Shown here in pieces: positions 28,601 to 38,200 of a stretch of DNA of 63,541 nt (position 1 is the first letter of the stretch; each line of letters opens with the position of its first letter). Made by a program: the position numbers and the translations under genes. This DNA comes from a virus. Lineage: Duplodnaviria > Caudoviricetes. The notes under the pieces were generated by a model. The model had not been told where the DNA came from. It worked only from the letters and a program-made list of their open reading frames with translations, and made no database searches. Location of the stretch: IMG/VR virus record IMGVR_UViG_3300034062_004597, positions 1-63,541 of that record; one strand, written 5' to 3'.

Positions 28601-31600
28601 GCAAAGTACGTCGCTAAAACTGGAAAAACAGATGGCTTTGTGTACGAACCTCTTACTGAGTACAATAAAATTATAGGTAAGAAAAATGCTCTACTTCTGG
28701 CAAAAGATTTAGGGCCAGCGGTAACTAACGACCCAGGCAGAGACCCGTTTGGTATGTTATCTAGTAATTTGGCTCCTTTCATGGGAGTAGGCGCACCAAC
28801 GGTTGCTGATACGGGTAGAAACTACGATACAGCAATGGACTTCTTGGCGCAAGCCGATCAAACTGTACAAGAAATGCTTAGCTCTGGTGAATTAACCAAA
28901 GAAAAGTACGATGAGGCTGTGGAAATTTTATCCGCTGTCAATGTTGGTGATCTAGCATACCTTATTCAAGATATTTATAAGGCACTTCAGCCTAATACTC
29001 CCTACGTTACGTCTGAAGCTACAAATAACATAGTTGGCAATATAACTGGTAGAAAAGGAGCATTTAGGGGTGCAATTAACAATGTTGGCGAGAGAAGTTT
29101 GTTAATCAAAGCTATAGATGAGGTTAACAAAAAGAAAGGTTACGGATTTGAAGAATTAACTTCTGTGGCTGGAGCATTGTCGAACTCAGTGGATAAAAAG
29201 AAGTACGAATCAGGTGCGGCCTACACATCCGATTTGTTTGAAAACCAGGCCAGAGCAGCTAAGCAGCAAACTGCGGCGGATAGCGCGTATAAAGCTGCAA
29301 AAAAAGCGGGTAAGACAGATTCTGAAGCTGCGCAGATGGCTGCTGATGCAGTGCGAAATTGGGGTAGGAAAGATTTACCGGGTGCAAGTTCAGAAGATGC
29401 TGGCAAGGCTAAGAAGCAAACCAGTGCGTTAGAAGCTAAGATTGCTCAACTACAATACGCTGCCAATCAAGCCGATAGATATGTTCAAAGAACTAGCGAC
29501 TTCGCTATCTCTGGTGGTGGATACTTAAAGTTAAATGCCCTTGGTAGATCAATGGATGCAGGTATCGCTCTTGCTCGTGCTGAGTACGAACTCGGTATGG
29601 CTAACGCTAAGGAAAATGAGTTAGGGCCGTACGAAGATCAAAGACTTCAAACCCAGTTGCAACAAGCTATTACGAATGTTACCAATGCCTATGAAGATCA
29701 AAGACGGCAGATGGAGCTTAACATCGAACAGCAAAAGATGCAAAACAAGTTGCTTAGCGAATCCAATGAAATTAAGCGAAAGGAGTTGCAATACGCTGAG
29801 AAAGAATTCCAAGTCTCTAAAATAGACAAGGACGACATTCAAGGTGGATACGCTGCCCGTATGGGATTGTTGCAAGACAAGTACGGTCTTACCAGAATGC
29901 GCTATGCTTCTAGCCTTACGCAAATCAGCGAGTCCGATAGAATCCGAAGGTTGGAATATGCAGAGGCTTCCAAGTCTACTATGGATGCTGTAAGTAATGC
30001 TGCTTTGGATGATGGTATGAGCAGTACAGGGTTGTCGAACTCGACTCCTGGCGGTGCCTTTACACTAGGTAATCAATTTGGTAACACTCAGACTAGCGGA
30101 TTTGGCCCGAGACGAAGACCTTCTACATTCGGCGGAAAGCAAGGTAGCGCGAATCACGGTGGTATTGACTACGGTGTACCAACTGGTACTAAGATCAGAG
30201 CGCAAGCCGATGGTAAAGTAATCTTTGCTGGAAGCAAGGGTGGATATGGATTCTATCTTCAGATTGACCACGGCCCAGTAGTAACTGCTTACGGACACCT
30301 TTCAAAGATTTTTGTTAGGGTAGGAGACATCGTAACCAAGGGTCAAGTGGTAGCTTTGTCTGGTGGTGGAAAGAATGATCCAGGTAGAGGAAACTCTTCA
30401 GGCGCACACGTTCACTTTGAGACTCGTGTAAATGGTAAGACTGTTAACCCAGCTAATATTTACGGAAAACAATTCACAAATAGTGGTTTCAAATCAAGCG
30501 GAAGCACATTCACAAAACCTTTGTCAATGGCAGCATCTGGTGTTAGCTATGGTCTGTGGGATGAAGACCTAGGACTGCAATATGATCAAGCTATGCTAGA
30601 TGGCCCAAGAACTGACATGCAAACTTTGCGACAAAGTGCATTCAGCGAGGGTTATAAAATGGCGGGTGAAACCGCAGCTAAAAGCACACTTGAGATGGGC
30701 AAGCGTGGCGCAAGATACGATGTCCTTAATGGTGAGTATGAATCAAACGCACAACGACAAAGAGCAATCCAACTCTTTAATGCACAGCAACGCTTTGATT
30801 TGCTTAAAGAAAGCACAGACAGAAGAATGAGAGATTATTCTACAGTTGTTGGTGAAAGAGCTTCAAGAATTTTTGATCTGAGAGCAAATCTTGGTTCTGG
30901 CGGTACGTACGAAACTATGCTTGACATAGCAGAGATTGCTAAGCTCGAAAAACTTAACGCTACGGAACCACAAAAGGCTTTCGATGCTTTGTTCAACACA
31001 TTGAATAATGCAAACAATGCTTTGAAGGATTTCAACAAGGAAATTATTAGGGCTAATGAGCTTGAGAAGGCACGTAATGATCGAGATGCACTAGGAATCG
31101 AACAGTCCATAGCTGCAGGTACCAGAGGTTATGATAAATCAATGTCGCGTTTGGGTGGTTCAGGACGTATTGACGCTGGATTCTTCTCTACTGATTCTAT
31201 CAGGGGTACGTATACGGAAGCAGGGGCAGCAGCGCAAGAATCCGCACAATCGCAACTTGATATGCAGATTGCTAATGACAAAGCTACCGAGGTTATCAAG
31301 TATGAAAGAGTTGGTATGTATGGCATTAAGCCTAGGAAATTAACGCGATACCAGCTAAATCTGGAAAAAGACCCACAATACTACAACAAGATTAGGCAAG
31401 CCAACATCAGCAGAATTCAAGGAAACACTTTGTCTGCTGCAGGCAAGGACAGACTGCTTGGCAATCCTAGGCTCTCAGGGCTTATTTCAGGGGGTATTGG
31501 ATCGTTAGGGTCTTTAGATGCCTACGGACTTCTAAGCAACCCAGAAGGCCGTCTGGACGCCATTAAAGGGCTAGTCTCACCGCTCACCGCGATGGGTGCA

Positions 31601-32230
31601 GACGACAAAAACAGCGCACTGTCAATGTTGGCTGCTGGAGCGTTCGCTAGTGATGCCTCTATGTTTGGTAACCCAGCGTTCAATAAGTATCTTGAAATAA
31701 ATGCTGTTGGTAAATATGGAATTCCTACTAAGGCTGGATTTAACCGTAAGAAAATGATGGCTGATGCAGCTTCCAGTGCTGCCGCACAATTCGGTGGGGA
31801 CATTGCTGGTAACTTCATAGGAACTTCGTTATTCAGAAACACAGACCCAGGAGCAATTGGACTCGGTACAAGTATGGGATCGACGCTAGGAAGTATGGCA
31901 GGTTCTGGGCTACTTGGTACGGGTGGAGCAGCATTATTTGCACCACTCGGGCCTTGGGCACCCGTTGTTGGAGCAGTTCTTGGCGGTATGCTTGGTGGAA
32001 TGTTTGGTGGTAAGAAGAAAGACCCTAGAGAACAACAAGAGAAAGAGAATCGAAAGCAATTCCAAAGAAGAATTGAAGACATCTTGAACAACATTGATAA
32101 GAGTCTTGGGCCACAAAGCGACTACTACCGTGCCATTAGAGGTGATCTTCTTTACGGAGCAGCATCGTCTTACTACAGCGGAAGAGCATACTCTCGAATG
32201 GGAATTGGGTATAATACAGGTGGAAGGTAA
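25670..32230 (+). CDS. tape measure protein with M23 peptidase domain
   Basis: 2186 aa, Ala-rich and helical; HGGIDYG, YGHLS, HVHFE at ~30100-30460. Confidence 0.93.
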   Translation: MARNKTLKATLVIDADVSKASKAVADIKNAAAKGINTPQDRRSYEKKVDTAIKDTSASAAKTTALGQAESKRAAAIQAELLNLLKGQLKAIGGRDPKTGRFVGMVDATAKDKALVSAVVAAIKAANLGPQFDAKAGITGRMTAAARARKSLEFAYAPPSNDPSERRFQEQAREALGLLKTQEELKDSVKKTITSLEDMAGDYRDAADSAQALNIGATKLNTILANLTKEQKAFNEAMERGVALSKEFFNGVEGEAKKVAKSASQIAKSLEKLDASQLTSELKKIDTAFDKVNLKAQNLERKLANAKNSPQEAAKAAERVKELNALEAQRTALLNSRNAILARQAKIQGERSGVESLLRPYQPNPNQSQTMADSRMVRSGYEDKMHKLHRRITKTGDIDDAIYNQSRAELESSYRAVRGVKNQLGQELDAGVYTGSDLAEAKKAYERMEALTKAHFEKLEDLERAYEKQKTHGSLLNKNLDQDRAKNADQEARNRAYIKMIKKLAAARAEAESFAENDNSFKARRAKKRYLRLQESSLNPLADLLQGKAGTNPIKAQALGIYGLDANLTAPEFREAYNERTQAARDAYQLSKRKNFYEIAGAKLKGGFKSQGFRDFQGRFGYGLGMLGVGLGAGGFGYAATNLIRGTAGAYIDRTSTEAGLAGLTNTYTRFLDSNGRNVSPAGNFTASVFSAKALYTRLREASKETLVTPQELAESFMSGAPALRNKGFSEDQALKLTSRIVAMGRAMNLPSAAIQSDIRDFARGSVTRNSQVLQALGLSTTGLKEATAKGPEAAMAYFNERVAGFEPAFKKLREELPGQINEMRIELEKAAQDIGMYATPNIIKGIQTIRKELVSFGESGGFEKIGTQLGDMIYGLSNMLNGIMPIITTLTASPLNASLGVLSGTLGLVSVQAFAASKPWAALGAAVVLTTGIIIDQTKKLQDSAVLAQSDNAVDLLRYKPDESAKYDAKFDYQEQYAKYVAKTGKTDGFVYEPLTEYNKIIGKKNALLLAKDLGPAVTNDPGRDPFGMLSSNLAPFMGVGAPTVADTGRNYDTAMDFLAQADQTVQEMLSSGELTKEKYDEAVEILSAVNVGDLAYLIQDIYKALQPNTPYVTSEATNNIVGNITGRKGAFRGAINNVGERSLLIKAIDEVNKKKGYGFEELTSVAGALSNSVDKKKYESGAAYTSDLFENQARAAKQQTAADSAYKAAKKAGKTDSEAAQMAADAVRNWGRKDLPGASSEDAGKAKKQTSALEAKIAQLQYAANQADRYVQRTSDFAISGGGYLKLNALGRSMDAGIALARAEYELGMANAKENELGPYEDQRLQTQLQQAITNVTNAYEDQRRQMELNIEQQKMQNKLLSESNEIKRKELQYAEKEFQVSKIDKDDIQGGYAARMGLLQDKYGLTRMRYASSLTQISESDRIRRLEYAEASKSTMDAVSNAALDDGMSSTGLSNSTPGGAFTLGNQFGNTQTSGFGPRRRPSTFGGKQGSANHGGIDYGVPTGTKIRAQADGKVIFAGSKGGYGFYLQIDHGPVVTAYGHLSKIFVRVGDIVTKGQVVALSGGGKNDPGRGNSSGAHVHFETRVNGKTVNPANIYGKQFTNSGFKSSGSTFTKPLSMAASGVSYGLWDEDLGLQYDQAMLDGPRTDMQTLRQSAFSEGYKMAGETAAKSTLEMGKRGARYDVLNGEYESNAQRQRAIQLFNAQQRFDLLKESTDRRMRDYSTVVGERASRIFDLRANLGSGGTYETMLDIAEIAKLEKLNATEPQKAFDALFNTLNNANNALKDFNKEIIRANELEKARNDRDALGIEQSIAAGTRGYDKSMSRLGGSGRIDAGFFSTDSIRGTYTEAGAAAQESAQSQLDMQIANDKATEVIKYERVGMYGIKPRKLTRYQLNLEKDPQYYNKIRQANISRIQGNTLSAAGKDRLLGNPRLSGLISGGIGSLGSLDAYGLLSNPEGRLDAIKGLVSPLTAMGADDKNSALSMLAAGAFASDASMFGNPAFNKYLEINAVGKYGIPTKAGFNRKKMMADAASSAAAQFGGDIAGNFIGTSLFRNTDPGAIGLGTSMGSTLGSMAGSGLLGTGGAALFAPLGPWAPVVGAVLGGMLGGMFGGKKKDPREQQEKENRKQFQRRIEDILNNIDKSLGPQSDYYRAIRGDLLYGAASSYYSGRAYSRMGIGYNTGGR

Positions 32231-32232
32231 TA

Positions 32233-34635
32233 TTGGCATACACACACTCTGATTTTGAATTATACCCAGACCATATTGTTCTGGACAACATATTATACCC
32301 GTACACACCAGCAATCGAATTTATTGCTGATCAGGTTGCGGGTATTCAACGTCAGAGTGTTCTTACGGCTGATATGTCTAGGGCAGTTAGCTTCGTGAAG
32401 CCGTTCGATGTACTTGAGTGGAGAACTTCAACTAGCATCTATCCAGCAGGTAGTTATGCTTTCGCGCAGGTAATGCGGTTCAAATGGGATGACTTCATCA
32501 CGGAAACAATGTACGATCACCTTATCGCTCTTTACAGAACGCAGAAAGGTGTTTGGGTACAGTACGATTCTGAGATGTCCAGAACGGATGTTGTGGTATC
32601 TCCAAGCCCAACCGATTCAAAGGTATACATTCTGCCTACCTATCCACTGGCATATTCTTCGGATGCTACAGACATCACAACCGATGAGAAAGTTGCTATT
32701 AAAATCAAAATTGATGATGTGGAGTTAGACTGGGCGACTAATCCTTATAGGTTAGACTACGAGAGAGGGATCATCAGATTTAACGCTGCTCCTGTAGGTG
32801 TAGTAACTGTAACATACGTATGGAGAATGTTTGCTCGTGTTGTCAATGTAGACATGCAACCGATCACGGACAATGGCGGACTTTACCAAGGCTCGATTGT
32901 TCTTGAACAAATCAAAGCACCTAAGCAAGTTGCAGAGTATGGACAATACATTAGTGAGCAATACAAGTGCGGTGATGAAGTTAATTGGTTTGGCCCAGAT
33001 GTAAAAAGCGATACTTTGCAGTGCCTTACAGCATACGTTGAGAACACTGAAGACAACGTGGAAAGAATTTGTGTGCCTTGTACTTCGTCTAAATTCAGAC
33101 AGTCAGACAATACTATAATCCGAACAAGCTACACGCAAAATTTCACAAACGTGAACGGTGCCTACACGGTGGACTTGTCCTCTATTCCTTCCTCTAATTT
33201 GGTGATGGGTATTCGCGTAACAAGCCTAAAAGCATCGTTAGCAAGTTATGCTACCACGAACGATAAGGTTTACGCTACTGTTGGTATGAGATTTGTAGCT
33301 ACTGGTGGAGCATACTTGTCGCTAAATAAAGATAACCTCAACAACAATAGGCAAGATATTGCGTTAGCAAATGTTAACACGGCAAATGGTACGCCTGTGT
33401 TTGGTGGATGTGACATCTTGTACACAACACCTTTCAGAACATTAACCACTGCGCAAATTAAGCAAGGTTTGGAGTTCTCCGCTGTTGTTCAGATGACTGG
33501 CTCAGCCTCTGGTATCAAACCGAAATACTATCTCAATATCATCACAAGTGGGACTAAAAATGTTAGAGACAGCGGTGGATCACCTACGGCTACGGCTATC
33601 GGAACTAACAATGATACAACTGCAGTTGGAACCATAACTGCGCCTTTTGATTTGACTCTCACACCAACTGCCATAACGACACCAGCAACTGGTTACGTCT
33701 ACGCAGATAGCAGCGCGGATATAACCTACAGAGTGGTGTACCAAAATCCAAACTTCAGTGCGGCTGAAGCTGGTTTAAGTTCTATCTACGTCACGCACAA
33801 AGTTACATCGAGAACGAACCACGCCACAACTGGATCAGGTTTGAGTGGTTACTCTGATTTTATTGACCTTCCAACTCCTAATGTAGATGTCACAACCGTT
33901 TTAGGATCGGCAGCGACCTTGTATGCTTTAGAATACACAAACTCTTACACAATCAATGGTTTGATTGATGAGACAAGAGGCGTGTTCTCGCTAGCTTCTA
34001 GGGTTGATATTATCCCTCATGGTACAACTTCTCCTGTGTATGACAGATGGGCAAGCATCAACACAACACAGGAATACAAAGCTAGGTTAGTTTCAGAAAT
34101 CAATGAATTTGAAGTTGAAGTTCTGCACAGGCCAATATGTCAGACAGACTTGTTTAGGCTAGGAACCTATACCAATCAAGGTGGGGGCAGCGGTGCAAGC
34201 GTAGACATACCTATTATTCGTGGTGAACCAGCACTGGTAACAACTACGCCAGCATACACAGTCACTGGCCCTGGTGCGTTAAACATCTTAATAAACGGTG
34301 CTGTACTTGATTCGCTACCAGACTACGCTACTGTTGTTGGATTTGAACTCGACTTGGAATTATCATGTAGCTCGAATAGAACTGTATCAGTAAATTTGTA
34401 CAGAGGAGCAGCAGGCGCACCAGTGTTCACTGCTAAGAGTGCTGTATTAACGTCAGCTATGACAAACTTTACATTGGGTGGACAACTCGATATGTGGGGA
34501 GTGTCAAGCACTGTAGACAAAGCTGATCTGCCAAACATTGGTGTTGTCATTACTGGTGATGCTTTGGGTTCTGGTGAGGTTTTGAAAGTGCGAAATGTGG
34601 AACTAAGAATATACTATGTCGTGGGGTGCTGCTAA
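32233..34635 (+). CDS. tail protein: distal-tail-like N-terminus plus accessory beta domains
   Basis: Directly after TMP; LDYERGIIRFNAAP...VTVTY (DUF2460-like); TTG start with GGAAGG. Confidence 0.7.
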   Translation: MAYTHSDFELYPDHIVLDNILYPYTPAIEFIADQVAGIQRQSVLTADMSRAVSFVKPFDVLEWRTSTSIYPAGSYAFAQVMRFKWDDFITETMYDHLIALYRTQKGVWVQYDSEMSRTDVVVSPSPTDSKVYILPTYPLAYSSDATDITTDEKVAIKIKIDDVELDWATNPYRLDYERGIIRFNAAPVGVVTVTYVWRMFARVVNVDMQPITDNGGLYQGSIVLEQIKAPKQVAEYGQYISEQYKCGDEVNWFGPDVKSDTLQCLTAYVENTEDNVERICVPCTSSKFRQSDNTIIRTSYTQNFTNVNGAYTVDLSSIPSSNLVMGIRVTSLKASLASYATTNDKVYATVGMRFVATGGAYLSLNKDNLNNNRQDIALANVNTANGTPVFGGCDILYTTPFRTLTTAQIKQGLEFSAVVQMTGSASGIKPKYYLNIITSGTKNVRDSGGSPTATAIGTNNDTTAVGTITAPFDLTLTPTAITTPATGYVYADSSADITYRVVYQNPNFSAAEAGLSSIYVTHKVTSRTNHATTGSGLSGYSDFIDLPTPNVDVTTVLGSAATLYALEYTNSYTINGLIDETRGVFSLASRVDIIPHGTTSPVYDRWASINTTQEYKARLVSEINEFEVEVLHRPICQTDLFRLGTYTNQGGGSGASVDIPIIRGEPALVTTTPAYTVTGPGALNILINGAVLDSLPDYATVVGFELDLELSCSSNRTVSVNLYRGAAGAPVFTAKSAVLTSAMTNFTLGGQLDMWGVSSTVDKADLPNIGVVITGDALGSGEVLKVRNVELRIYYVVGCC

Positions 34636-35252
34636 TGATTACGTTTGACTCTGTTGTGTGTTCGTATGAGCCAGCAGTTATTCAACCAAACTGGTCTGAC
34701 TACGGACTAGCGGTAAATAGGTTCACGACTTTCCTTGGCAGGAATCACACTACGGTAAACGTTGACGCCACAAACAAATACTCATGCGTGAGGGTGGTTT
34801 CCTACACACTCACATGGGATGCCCAGGATGCTCCACTGGATGCAGCGATGTATAATAAGCTGATGATGCTTTACACAACGCAAAAGTCATTCGTCTGCAG
34901 AATAGACGATCCACTCGCTAGGGACTATGGAAGGTGCATCAAGATCGAGGATGGCGTGTACGCTACTCCTACGCACCCTATCAAGCCTCATAATTGGGTA
35001 GAAGGCGTAGGCGGATCGTGGCAGCTAGAAGATGTTATTGTGGGTGGGGAATACTGGACTGGAACAATTGCGATTGACGAGGAATCAGGTATAATAACTC
35101 TTACAGACCCGAGCATAAGCCTGACTGACTCAACACAAGTTCACATTAGGTACAAATTCGTCGGTAACTTCAAAGTGGTGCAGATTATGATGTCACCAAA
35201 TGATTTGGCCCAAGAATATTACTCGGGTACTGTAGTGATTGAAAGTTTATGA
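34635..35252 (+). CDS. distal-tail-like protein, paralog of the previous gene's N-terminus
   Basis: MYNKLMMLYTTQK vs MYDHLIALYRTQK; IDEESGII; YSGTVVIE vs YQGSIVLE. Confidence 0.65.
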   Translation: MITFDSVVCSYEPAVIQPNWSDYGLAVNRFTTFLGRNHTTVNVDATNKYSCVRVVSYTLTWDAQDAPLDAAMYNKLMMLYTTQKSFVCRIDDPLARDYGRCIKIEDGVYATPTHPIKPHNWVEGVGGSWQLEDVIVGGEYWTGTIAIDEESGIITLTDPSISLTDSTQVHIRYKFVGNFKVVQIMMSPNDLAQEYYSGTVVIESL

Positions 35253-38200
35253 TTAGTATTAAAGATGCCATCGAGTCGGGTAGTGGTTTTCACGTTACTC
35301 GCAGAGTGACAAGATACGATGTTGAGTGGGGTGTTCCAACAGGAGTAGTCACTTACAGAAAGTTCATTCAATCTTTGATACCCGCGTATTACTACAAATT
35401 CAAAGACTTCACTAATTCTGGACACAGAACAGACGCTACACTAACCAATCCTGTAGGCGCACCAACACTTGTAGCTGCCCATGTTGACACATCAGACTTT
35501 GCTGCTGAGTATAATGGTACTAAGTACAGCCAGAGCAGCGCATCCGTTGCAGAGACAACAATAAGAGAAAATGGTTATTCATTAGTTGCTTGGTTCAAAT
35601 ACACGACAGGAAAGACAGGCGACCAAACCATCGTATCGAAGGCGAGTGTGGCTGGTAACCCTAACGTTAATATCACTGTTGGTGTTGGTAACAATGATTT
35701 TCCTTATCTTCTTTTCGCAAGTGGCGTACGAAGAACATTAGGTATCAAAGCAAATCTTTCCGATTGGAATAGTTTAATCGTTTGTGTGATCCCTTCTGGA
35801 GCAGATTGGAAGTTATCCTGCTATCTAAACGGTGTACTTGTTTACGGAGATGTTAGTGCAGCATACGCACCTAGCAATTCTGATACGTCACCTATGTACA
35901 TTGCAACAGCAAGAAACTCCGGTGGATCATTTGTTAACAAGTGGGTCGGGCAGCTTGATGAGATTTCGTTACACATGTTCGGTTTCAACAAAGAAACCGC
36001 TGTAACAATTCACAACTTAGGATACCAGAACACATATCTCGATCCTTCACAAGAGTTCGATACTACTGGTGTTAATTTGTCTGAGCAAACTCCTGCGCAG
36101 TACAAAGATACCGTGCTGTCCACTTCGCCGCTAGACTACTATAAATTTGATGCTTTAGTCAGCGGAACCACGGTAGTAAATGAAATGGCTGGCAGACAGT
36201 CTATGGTTTTTGGATCGGGTACGTCAGCAGTGCAGACTTCCGCTATCAACCCACGAGCAGAGACAGTGACCGGGTACTCGAAGGGTCTTGCAAATAATGC
36301 GGCTGGTACTGGACAAGTAAATAATTTTACGATAGGTACACCGACACGCCAAGGAATCTATGGTGCGTTTAGTATGTCTATGTGGTTCAAACCTTTTGCT
36401 TTCGGTAGCACTGGCGGTGGGCCTTTAGCACCGATAAATAGTATTTTTAGATTATTTGGAAAGAGGGCAGCAAATCCGAATTTTGAAGAACTGTTTTCCC
36501 TTGTTGAGCGAGGCGGGTACCTTGATGTTTACAAAGGCTCCAACCAAATCACAAATACGAATTCAGCAGTTTCGCAGATGACTGTGAACCAGTGGACGCA
36601 TGTTGCTGTGACGATCACTGACGATGGGCAGCTAGCTATATACATCAATGGAACGCTAGCGTTGACCACTACTAACTTTTTGATTGATGCTACTTACCCA
36701 CAATACCGATATTCACTTGGCCCAAACACTAATCAGATTACAGGTGATGATTGCGCGGTGGACGAGCTTGCCACGTACAGCAAAGCACTTACTTCTGGGG
36801 AAGTATCAAAGCTGTTTAGGGTTGGTAAGTATGGATCATTCTATAGCTACACATTTAACGGTGTTCCAATTATTGATGGCGGTGCGCCTTACAGACTTAG
36901 CCAAAGCGAATATAGTGTCTTGCAAAATGAGGAAGACGTTACAAAGTATGTTGATCCAAGCTATGCAGTAGAGAGAGACATTAGTAATGTAATCGAAACG
37001 TTGACCTTGAACATTTACCCTGGAGAAGAAAATCCTACGGATGTAATGCGCAAGTTCAGAGCCAATACTTACATTAAGATTGAGCATAGATTGCATAACG
37101 TAGAAACTGGTTACGATAGTGGTTGGGTTAGTTTAGGACATTTCCTTAGTGATGGAGTTCCTGCAGAATCGTACTCAGCTATCGAGGGCAGAAGTGTTGT
37201 GACTGTCGTACTTCGAGGTTTGATGAAACTTCTGACTCTGGATGCTTGCGTAGATAGGTTTGAACCGGATAAGGTTTACTACAGCAAGATGCAACTTACA
37301 GGGCCGCAAGACTTTGGAGATTACTTACAGTTTGAAGCCCCTGACATCAACAATCCAGGTGCGCCGCTGTACAATATTGCACCGTACCCTAAGCCAACCA
37401 TTTATGTAACAGAATTCTCTAACATGGGAGATGAAGCGAATGGCGGCCCATTCAGTGCGAACGAAGTCATTCCTATCAAGGGAGCTAACGGATCGGTACG
37501 AGTTCAGGGCGGCAGCGGTGCGTTCCAATTCGATTCTGATTATTTTGCCGATAAGTTTTCAGAAAATGGAATCGGGAACCCACAAAAGGTATACGCTGAG
37601 TTTCACAAGTGGGTAACACCGCAAGATGTGGATGACAATGTGGCTATCACTTCGATTAAGTTCAATAAGGACAGGTGGTACATAGAGACATCGAGATTGC
37701 AGAGTTTTGCCGATGGTAAGACTGTCACTTTCAAATCTGGTCTAGCCAAAGGAAAGCGATTTAAGGCTGTACAGTATGGTGCAACAAACAATCTAGTTAG
37801 CTCCGGTAATCAAGGTGAGTTTGGAGATTACAGAAACGCAGCCAGGGCAGGATCAACTGGATCATGGTCGGCGTCAGGCGATGCCTGGAGATGGGCATTT
37901 AACGTACCAAGTGGTGCTAGTGTTATAAATTCTAGCTTCCTTAATGCTTACACTTTCACTTTGCCTAACCTACTTACAAGTTTGACTGTAGATGATGTAC
38001 CTAGAACTGCTAAGCTGAAGGGCATTGAAGTAACTGTACGCAGAAAAACTGATGTTGGTTCATCAACCGATTCAGACGCAAATAGGCCAGTAAGCGACTT
38101 AGAGGTTCGTATTAGTAAGAATGGTACACAAGCTGTGCCAGCTTGGAGTGCAAACAGGGCAAGACCCGGACAGTGGATTGCCTCCACTGATTATTTGGAT

